Assembly (NCBI RefSeq): GCF_046119375.1
Contig: NW_027362761.1
Span: 803,520,001 to 803,584,000 of the forward strand
Length of the DNA: 64,000 bases
Source: Phyllobates terribilis
Taxonomy: Eukaryota
Reading direction: 5' to 3'
The notes under the pieces: generated by a model
The model's input: the letters and a program-made list of their open reading frames with translations, nothing else
What the model was told of the DNA's origin: nothing
The model's database searches: none
Position numbers and translations under genes: made by a program
Shown here: positions 56,201 to 64,000 of the stretch, piece by piece
How the letters are laid out: the number at the start of each line of letters is the position of its first letter
Position numbering within the stretch: position 1 is the first letter of the stretch

Positions 56201-59200
56201 TCTCCTGGTGGGGGAAGGGACATGGGACTGACCGTACAGGGACATGGTCTGATCATACCACATCTCCTGGGCAGGGGAGGAAGCAAAAGAGTATACAGAC
56301 ATTACAGCACAGGATCACAGCTGATTCTTTCTGTGAGATAAAACATTTTTTTAAAAACAGACATGGAAATGCTTTACCTCAAAGAAAGAATTATTTGTGA
56401 TCCCCTGCTGTAATGTCTATATACTCTTTTCCTTTCTCCCCTGCCCAGGAGCTGTGGTATGATCAGACCGTGTTCCTGTACGGTCAGACACAGCCATTAC
56501 ACAATACACAGCAGGGGCACATTTATAAGATTATCTCAGCACAGGAACATTTTTTTTTTTTTTAAACATCCAATTGTGGAAGTAAATTATCCCAAGATCC
56601 ATCGATTAGAATGTTGATAGAAATTAACTTTGTTCTAGGGAAAACCCTTTTAAATGGAATCTGTCATGCCTGAAATGCTATTAACCTGCAGATATAAGAG
56701 CAATCCCCAGGTAAATTTTGTTCATGGGACAACCCCCTTTAATGACTATAAAGGTCATAGTTGAAAACTGGTATCACTATTAACATGAGTAGAACACATA
56801 GATGGCCGTGTTAATGGGGTCATCTACATGAGGCAAAGCCACTGCGCAATAAATGCAACTGCAACATCCACACCAGATGATGCTGGTTTCCACTGTGGCG
56901 TGTGGCACATTTAGATAAGTGCATGGATGGAGTCTCCTCTACAATTTGTAGACATGACTGGTCCATTAATAAGAACGTTTGTTTAAATGAAGGCAGATTT
57001 TTCTCCTTGGAAATCAGTTGAGCACATACACTAAAACATATATTTTTTATGCTAATCAAAACAAAATAATATTAATATAAAATGCAAGAAATCATAGCTC
57101 TTTTCTCTAATAAGCAGAAACATCTACAAACCTGCACGGGTGATATAAAGGTATACTTCTTTGGATATCTGTGAGATAGAATATGAATTGCATTAGAATA
57201 CTAATAGTTTACATTGCAATCTCATAAGAAGAAACTGTGTCCAACACTGAGGTTTAGGTAGTGAAGGATAGGGCATGCTGTATTAACCCCTTCACGCCGT
57301 GGCCCTTTTCGATTTTTGGTTTTTTTGCTCCTCTTCTTCCCAGAGCCATAACTTTTTTATTTTTTGTACAATATAGCCATGCTAGGGATTGTTTTTTTGT
57401 GGGACGAGTTGTACTTTTGAACAACATCATTGGTTTTACCATATCCTGTACTGGAAAACGGAAAAACAACTTCAGTGTGGTTAAATTGCAAAAAAAGTGC
57501 AATTCCACGGTTGTTTTTTTGAGATTTTTTTTTACCATGTTCACTAAATGCTAAAACTGACCTGCCATTCCAAGTTCATAGACACCAAATACGTATAGAT
57601 TCTTTTTTTATTTGTGTGGAGAAAAAAAAATCCAAAAGTTTATTAAAAAAAAGTCGCCATTTTCCAAGACCAGTAGTCTCCATTTTTCAGGATCTGGGGG
57701 TGGGTGAGGGCTTATTTTTTGCTCGCTGAGCTGGCGGGTAGATACGATGTTTTGATTGGCCATTATTGCATTTTATTGCATTGTTGCGGCGACGAAAAAA
57801 CGAAATTCTGCAGTTTGGATTTTTTTTTCGTTATACCGTTTAATGATCGGATTAATTTTTTTTATATTGATAGATCGGGCGATTCTGAAAGTGGTGATCC
57901 AAAATATGTGTATATTTGATTTTTTTTATTCTTTCATTTTGAATGGGGCGATCGTCTCCATGGGAGACTAGAAGCTGCGATCATCCAATCGCCCGGGCTG
58001 CAGCTCTGTTGTGTGTAGCAAAAATGCTCACTTGCTATGAGTTGTTAGTGTTAGGACGCAGCCCCATCATGTGACCGTATAGAAAGCGTCGACTCTTGCA
58101 TATTGATGACCAATATGTGACTATTGTCTTCAGGTGTATATATTGGACCGAGAATATTTCCAATTACGTTCTACCACGTCAAAATAATGGAGTGGGATGT
58201 GACTGTGCTGCATTTTGTACATTTTAACCACATTATAGGAAGAAAACAATATACATAATACATCTCAGAGCTGTGTGACATACTAGTCTCAATCTGCTGA
58301 ACATACCGATAGTGTAAACCACTTGTACATCGCTCATCTGAGAATCAGTGATATTATCCTCTGCTTCTCCCTTCACAACCCCCAGAAGAAATCCTTCCTG
58401 TGTACAGAAAACATAAAAGCATTATAGACAGTACTAAGACTGCGAGGGAGGGCTACCAGCTACAGTAATTCTACATCAAAAGTACACTGCACTAGCACTG
58501 TACAAAACGATAATGATCAGTAGTAACATGGCCTAATACAGCTGCAAGAAAACTACACCACTGCGTACAGTACATTAAAGGGGTTGGCCACTACTAGAAC
58601 AACCCCTTCTTGATATAAATGTTTGGCCCCGATAAAATAAAAACACCTATACTCACCTCCCGTTCCAGCGGTGTCGGCACTCGCGTTCCCGAGGCTCTTG
58701 TGCGGTTGTTGTGACACGTGAGCCCGGCGCCCGATCAGCGCTGTTGTCACTGTCCCCGGCTTCGGACGTATTAGAACATGAAGAGGAAGTCTGGGCTGCA
58801 GCTGATCTCTCACTTCCTCTTCATATTCAATGCGCACGAATGCGGAAACAGTGACAACAGCGCTGATTGGACGCCAGGCATCAAGTGTCATAACAACCGC
58901 ACGAGAGCCCCAGGAACGTGAGTTCTGTCACCGCTGGAACGGCGCCAACATGGGAGGGAAATATAAGCTTTTTTATTTTATCGGGTCCAAACACTTAGAT
59001 CAAGAAGAAGCTGTTCTATAATAGACAACCCCTTTGAGAGACTGTAGAGGTCTATGGATATACCCGAAAAAAGAATAAAATAAAAAATATACATTATACT
59101 TACCTTCTGATGGCCCCCGGTCTCCATAGTGATCCGTCCTGGCTCGCCAGCAGCTTGCGATGATCTAAAAAGGACCTGCCATGATGTCATTTAGTCATGT

Positions 59201-62200
59201 GACGGGTCAGGAAAAACGCATGCGGATTTTACATGCGTTTTTCCCGCCAGGTTGATGTGTTTGTCAAGCGTTCTTCACATGTATTTCTGCATGCCGGTTA
59301 TCAAGCGCTTTTCCAAGCGATTTTAGCATCACTTGGAAAGTGCTTGACAACTTGGTCACACTATATAAATCAATGCAACCGGCATGGATTTATATAGTGT
59401 GACCGTAAAAGAATGGTAAAAAATAAAAAATAAAGATTATACTCACCTTCCGATGGCCCCCAGTCTTTTCTCCCCTGCGTCCGGTCTCTTGCACTGCTCG
59501 CGGTGGTGTGAAAGGACCTCCATGATGTCATTTAGTCATGTGACAGGTCACGCGACTGCCGATGTCAGCGGTTGCGTGACCTGTCACATGACTAAATGAC
59601 GTCATGGCAGGTCCTTTCACACCACCGCGACCCATACAACAGACCGGACACAGAGGAAAAAAAACACCGGGGGCCATCGGAAGGCGAGTATAATCTTTAT
59701 TTTTTATTTTAAATTCTTTTTTTAACAGGTTCTATGGTACCCGGGTCTGGAGGAGAGTCTCCTCTTCTCCAGACCCGGGTACCATCCGCACATTGAATTG
59801 CATAATATCCGCTTGTGCACATGGGCTCATGCGGATATTATGCGATTCAATGCAAGTCAATGGCGGCAATTACGCTGAATGTCTGCAAAATTAATGGACA
59901 TGCTGCATATTTTTCCGCAATGATAATCCGCAGCGGAAATTTCCGCAGCATGTGCACAGCACATGCGGATTATCATTGGGGTCCATGGGGCACGTATTAC
60001 CAAATTTTTTTTAAGCGTTTTCGCTGCAGAAGTTCCGTGGCAAAAACGCTTGAAAAACACAAAGTGGGCAAGCAGCCTAAAGGACACTTCGGGTATGTTC
60101 CCACGATCCGGAGCCTGTGCGACCCCAGCGCTACAGAGCAGCTGCGATGCTTCAGCTCACAACTTTTTTTTTCCACATGCGGACTTTCCTCATAGATCTT
60201 AGTCTATGGGGAAAGTCCACATGCGGACCCGCAAGAGAAATTGACATGCTGCAGTCCTGAAAGATGTGCCGCATGTCAGTTTCCGCGGGTGATCCGCAGG
60301 TGCAAAGAGACCCATAGTGGACATGGGATTTCTAGAAATCCCATCCACTATGCTGTAACATCTGGCTGCTGCACGTTTGACGCTGCATAGACAAGCAGCT
60401 TCAAACCAGCAGCGGCTTTTGATCGTGGGCATGTACCCTTATTGTCCATAAGCTCTTTTCTTGGCCATTTCTCCAAAGTGTCTAAAGAGCCATTTTTCAA
60501 CCCAACGCCAGGACGAATGTTGCACGTGCTACTGTGAGCAGCCTGCGTGACCGAAACGCAACAGAGTTTCTGGACTTCTCTCCCGTAGAGAACATCAGGA
60601 ACATCATTGGTCGACAACTGCAAACGGAGATGCCAGCAGCAGGAATGTTTATATACAAAGTAATGTGCTAAAGTTTTAGGCAGGAGTGGAACAAAATGCT
60701 GCAAAGTAAGAATGATTTAAAAAATAAAAATAAACCATTAAAATTTCTATCAATTAACAAAATGCAAAGAGAACAAAAATGAAATCGAAATCAAATCCAT
60801 ATTTGGTGTGACCGCCCTTTTCTTTCAAAACAGCATTAATTCTTCTAGGCACATGGTTTTTGAAGGAACTCGGCAGGGAGGTTGTTCCAAACATCCTGGA
60901 GAACTAACCACAGATCTGCAGATGAAGGCTTGTGCATATCCTTCTGTCACTTCACGCAATCCCAGACAGACTCGATGAAGAGCTGCTGCTATATGACTTC
61001 CTCTGGATGTCAGTTACATCCACAGAGGTGAGAGTGAAGTGGCCAGATAGGCTGCAGGGCGTGCATAGCATAATAATTTCACGCAAGCCCCAGGAGAGCA
61101 GGCACTGACATTGTAGGAATGGCACCCGAACCAGAGGCGAGTATAGCTGCTATTATTTAACATGGGGGAACTATAGTGATTGGGAAAGGTTGTCTGAGTA
61201 GCGGACAACCCTTTTAAATGATGCACAACCCCAATTCAGACCAGTGCTCTCTGACCGTGAACAGGAGATGCATGAATTTTCTGAACTTCGGGGTTTCTCG
61301 GTGCGACCTTTGATTTCAAGGCCTGGTGTGAACTCTTCTGTACACTGCATAAGGGATGACGGGCCAGAATAGCAAAGCATAAGAGGAGTCTGGCATCCCA
61401 GAATGTGAGGTAATTTGTACAGCTGCTGTCCACAGCCAGAGAGCACTGATCTAGAATGGGGATGTGCCAAATGATTCACTCATCTCTTTTTGGGAGCTCA
61501 AAGTGTGGAACAGCAGTGCAGAACTATAACGCAGGTCAAGCTTCAGGAGCGCATCACACCAGGCAAAGCAGGAAGCTTGGCGGTAGACAAGCGCTTAAAG
61601 GGTTAGTCCAAAACCCAAAAGTAAATTTCAATTAATAAATCTTTAAAAACTAATAACTTTTGTAATTTAAGTCATGGTAAAATTCCTCACCATTCACTCT
61701 GTACCCTGTTCTATTTATATTACCCACTTCCTATGACGATTTGTTTGAGAACCCCAGAGCATGATGGGATACTTAAATGAACTGTCATCTGCCGGCTGAA
61801 ACTGCTGTCACTCCACTTTCCGCCCAGGAACGAAGCGTCATCAGTGTCGCTCGTATCAGGGGTGGTGCTGTCTCCCCTGGGAGACAATGCAGGGACACTG
61901 ATGACGCTTTGTTTGAGGGCAGCAAGGTGTCTGGTTGTCATAGCCCCTCCCCCGGATGATGCTTTGTTTCAGGGCGTAAAGGGGAATGACAGCAGTTTCT
62001 GCCGGCAAATGATGATTCGTTTAAGTATCCCATCATGCAGAGTGCAGGGTAGGGAATTTTACCGTGACTTAAATTACAGAAGATGTCACAGCCCTCCCTC
62101 CCCAACCCCATGGATGACGCTTCGTTTCAGGGCGTAAAGGGGAGAGACAGCAGTTTCAGCTGGCAAATGACGATCCCATCATGCAGAGTGAATGGTAGGG

Positions 62201-62697
62201 AATTTTACCATGACTTAAACAAAAGTTATTAGTTTTTAGAGATTTATTAATTGAAACTTACTTTGGGGTTTCGGACTAACCCTTTAAAGATAGATCAGCC
62301 CTTTAATTTCTGCAGCTTGCACTATATTTTATTCTAAAGTGAAGGAGGTGCCCTGCTGGGTGGAGTTTCTGTGCAGGGGCAGTTCTAATTGCACCTACCA
62401 CAGGTATGATGGCAGCTGGTGGATGGATAACCATGGGAGGTGGCTCCTGCATCATTATCTGACCAATCTGGATTAGAGATGGAGCTTCTTGTTTCCCAGC
62501 TCAATGGGCACCAGAAGGAAGGGGTCAGGGCACCTTACTGAGCAGCTTCATCTACAGGACAGCTCACGAAGCATCCCATACACCGCCGTGTCACATCAGC
62601 CTCTACTCACCGCGTCTGAGCCGGAGTTCACATGCTGGAAGGCGAGGGCGCCAAAAACAAACCCTGACATGAGCGCCCTGGTGCTCTCCCATGCCAT
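37881..62697 (-). CDS. ABRAXAS1: ABRAXAS1 (BRCA1-A complex subunit Abraxas 1, FAM175A), 396 aa; exons 62611-62697, 58307-58397, 57132-57168, 53552-53618, 51960-52153, 50486-50605, 46955-47039, 40847-40958, 37881-38278
   Basis: Joined CDS is 1191 nt and open. MPN-minus domain motifs ([14 protein letters not shown]), a coiled coil and the C-terminal SPTF BRCT-binding motif (SPTF distinguishes it from ABRAXAS2). All junctions GT-AG. Confidence 0.95.
38969..39232 (-). mobile_element. tRNA-derived SINE
   Basis: Pol III A box TGGCTCAGTTG and B box GGTTCAAATCC on the minus strand; AATAAA/(TAT)n tail. Confidence 0.8.
39735..40160. mobile_element. Kolobok/T2-type MITE
   Basis: TCTGTCAGCAGG / CCTGCTGATAGA arms; right end CCCT|TTAA. 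Confidence 0.6.
40847..40958 (-). CDS. ABRAXAS1: ABRAXAS1 exon 8 (coiled coil [20 protein letters not shown]...)
   Basis: 112 nt; CTCTTCCCTTTACAG acceptor. Confidence 0.92.
41012..46880. mobile_element. piggyBac-like non-autonomous element hosting the full-length DIRS
   Basis: TTAA|CCCCTTCCC start; homology resumes after 46620; right end truncated and approximate. Confidence 0.7.
41455..46616 (+). mobile_element. Full-length degenerate DIRS1-type tyrosine-recombinase retrotransposon
   Basis: ITRs plus ICR (46280-46368); gag-like ORF1 (42209-43299); RT ([19 protein letters not shown]) and RNase H (LTDN) at ~43600-44900; methylase-like and YR (RRIGEI, HSLDVRR, RAHSTR) at ~44960-46240; all frameshifted. 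Confidence 0.93.
46955..47039 (-). CDS. ABRAXAS1: ABRAXAS1 exon 7 ([13 protein letters not shown]...QEELK)
   Basis: 85 nt. Confidence 0.94.
48347..48697. mobile_element. Harbinger-like MITE
   Basis: GGCTTAGTGCCCA...TGGGCACACAGCC termini; TTA/TAA flanks. Confidence 0.65.
49258..50310. mobile_element. piggyBac-like non-autonomous element (truncated)
   Basis: TTAA|CCCTTT start; long homology to 33817-34688. Confidence 0.75.
50486..50605 (-). CDS. ABRAXAS1: ABRAXAS1 exon 6 ([20 protein letters not shown]...)
   Basis: 120 nt, phase 2-2. Confidence 0.95.
51251..51674. mobile_element. Kolobok/T2-type MITE containing a 25-bp triple repeat
   Basis: TTAA|GAAGACCTGTCACTAGG...CCTAGTGACAAGTCTTCT|TTAA; repeat at 51447-51530. 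Confidence 0.8.
51960..52153 (-). CDS. ABRAXAS1: ABRAXAS1 exon 5 ([14 protein letters not shown]...HKPQD)
   Basis: 194 nt; GTAAGT donor. Confidence 0.96.
52566..52853. mobile_element. hAT-type MITE (third copy of the CAGGGCTGTGG family)
   Basis: 8-bp flanks GTAGTTTT/CTAGTTTT. Confidence 0.8.
53552..53618 (-). CDS. ABRAXAS1: ABRAXAS1 exon 4 ([22 protein letters not shown])
   Basis: 67 nt; GTAACC donor. Confidence 0.92.
53924..54578. mobile_element. Kolobok/T2-type MITE
   Basis: TTAA|AGGGACTCTGTCA...TGACAGATAGCCT|TTAA with long internal inverted arms. Confidence 0.8.
55034..56200. mobile_element. Older piggyBac-like non-autonomous element
   Basis: TTAA|CCCCTTG start; diverged homology to the family; right edge approximate. 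Confidence 0.6.
57132..57168 (-). CDS. ABRAXAS1: ABRAXAS1 exon 3 ([12 protein letters not shown])
   Basis: 37 nt; phases fit both neighbours. Confidence 0.88.
57287..58030. mobile_element. piggyBac-like non-autonomous element fragment
   Basis: TTAA|CCCCTTCACG start; homologous to 41012 onward. Confidence 0.7.
58307..58397 (-). CDS. ABRAXAS1: ABRAXAS1 exon 2 ([21 protein letters not shown]...)
   Basis: 91 nt; GTATGT donor. Confidence 0.95.
58579..59033. mobile_element. Kolobok/T2-type MITE
   Basis: TTAA|AGGGGTTGGCC...GACAACCCCT|TTGA. Confidence 0.65.
59060..60077. mobile_element. Harbinger-like non-autonomous element (same family as 23296-24924)
   Basis: Extensive shared sequence; right end GCAGCC|TAA. 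Confidence 0.75.
60091..60438. mobile_element. Harbinger-like MITE (twin of 889-1260)
   Basis: GGGTATGTTCCCACGATC...GATCGTGGGCATGTACCC|TTA. Confidence 0.75.
61599..62283. mobile_element. Kolobok/T2-type MITE with internal ~140-bp duplication
   Basis: TTAA|AGGGTTAGTCC...GGACTAACCCT|TTAA. Confidence 0.8.
62611..62697 (-). CDS. ABRAXAS1: ABRAXAS1 exon 1 ([29 protein letters not shown])
   Basis: GCCATGG Kozak context, 87 nt, GTGAGT donor, CpG-rich surroundings. Confidence 0.95.
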
Positions 62698-62950
62698 GGC
62701 GAGCGCTCACCCTCCGCTACCATAACGGTCTCTGTGGGGAACGGACTGTTTTACCGGTTACAGCGTTCAGAAAGAAACTAGAGAGACGTTCACACTGTAA
62801 CGGAGTAACGCGTTATAGTAAAAGCAGGAAGTGTACTGCTCTCCTATACACAGCAGCAGCGAGAGGACCGCGGCATGTGTAGCGCGACACCACGGGAAAC
62901 AGCGCCCTCTGCTGCACGAAGTCTATACTGCAGCTGGGAGCGATGAAAAG
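62698..62950 (-). promoter_or_regulatory. ABRAXAS1 5' UTR / CpG-rich promoter region
   Basis: CpG-rich stretch directly upstream of the ATG; boundaries approximate. Confidence 0.45.
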
Positions 62951-63573
62951 CGCATTTACCGGCACACAAGATTGACCTTTTATTCTTTCAGTTTTTACTC
63001 TTTCATTTTTTTTTTCTCTCCCTTTCTTCCAAGAGTCACAACTTTTTTAATTTTTCCATCCACATCAATTATTTTTTGCAGGACAAGTTGTAGTTTTGAA
63101 CAGCGCCATTTATTTTACCGTATAGTGTACTGAAAAATGGGGAAAAAATTGCCCCCACCATTCCCCCCGGAAAAAAACAGCATTTCTGCCATTGTTTTTT
63201 GGGGTTTTGTTTTCACCGCATTCATTATAAAAATAACCATCTTCTCCAGTTTTATTAATTTAGTGTTGAAAAAAATTCAAATTAAATTTGTAAAATAATA
63301 AAAAAAAACATTGTGCAGCTATTTTCTGAGACCCCCTCACTTTTTTTTTTTTAAGTGTGGCGAGTAAAAGTTGGCAATTCAGGTGTTATGATTTTTTTTT
63401 TTTTTTTTTTTTGGGGCGTTTAACGTAGGTTTAAAAGATTTTCTATTTTGAGTGTTCAGACTGCCGATTCTTATGGGTGTTTTTAATCTTTTTTCTTTAG
63501 TAGTAGTGTATTATTTTGGATTTTTGTATCCAATAAAATTGATATATTTACATATGTTTATTGTCTAGTATAA

Positions 63574-63754
63574 TCGAACGACTCCCGGCACTCACGTTTA
63601 GATACATTTTAGATCTTCATTCTTTTATTCAAAATTGGACGCGTTTCAGCCCGTTCAGAGCTTTTAGCAGCAGTTATGGATGAGCTGAAACGCGTCCAGT
63701 TCTCAATAAAAGAATCAACATGCAAAATTTCCGTCAGTGCCGGGAGTCATTCGA
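63574..63754. repeat. Palindromic hairpin element
   Basis: Outer arms match at 18/19; inner arms TTCTTTTATT...GGACGCGTTTCAGC. Confidence 0.7.
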
Positions 63755-64000
63755 CTCTGCATTACCTATTTCCACGTGCACCACAATGTACAGTGGAGTG
63801 CCCATCACTGCTTGGCTTTCTAATTGTCTAGTATATTCTTTTTTCTTAGAGAGGTGCCTATCCTAGGTCATCAGTGCTAAAGCAGTGGACAACCTCTTTA
63901 AGGAGTAATTTATGTCCTTTTATTTTGTTAAAATGTTAGAAAAATTTTGCAGCAATTTTTCATTTTTCTCAAGGAACTTTTACAAATTTAATTTTTTATG

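Noticed and set aside
60532-60559. CTGTGAG...CCGAAACGC hammerhead-like motif
   Set aside because: Core lacks the conserved A and I could not find convincing flanking stems; at most a decayed Penelope remnant.

Overview
Eukaryotic, vertebrate, most likely anuran (frog/toad) genomic DNA; the taxon is an inference from the repeat content. It carries three spliced genes in the order known from human 4q21. (1) HELQ on the minus strand: six coding exons at 1620-10520; the gene continues off the left edge. (2) MRPS18C on the plus strand: six coding exons, 13570-37540, 128 aa, head-to-head with HELQ. (3) ABRAXAS1/FAM175A on the minus strand: nine coding exons, 62697-37881, 396 aa ending in SQSPTF, tail-to-tail with MRPS18C. 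All exons were placed by hand using GT-AG boundaries, and the phases join up. The introns are mostly transposons: Tc1/mariner (two with open DD34E ORFs), a full-length and a mini DIRS, piggyBac-like, Kolobok/T2, Harbinger and hAT MITEs, CR1, a tRNA-SINE and two solo LTRs, often nested four levels deep. The most unusual feature is a ~15-unit tandem array at 13545-16102 built from the first coding exon of MRPS18C itself (mitochondrial presequence plus its GTAAGG splice donor). It creates 14 intact competing 5' splice sites, and a solo LTR has inserted into a 15th. No prokaryotic-type systems (CRISPR etc.) are present.
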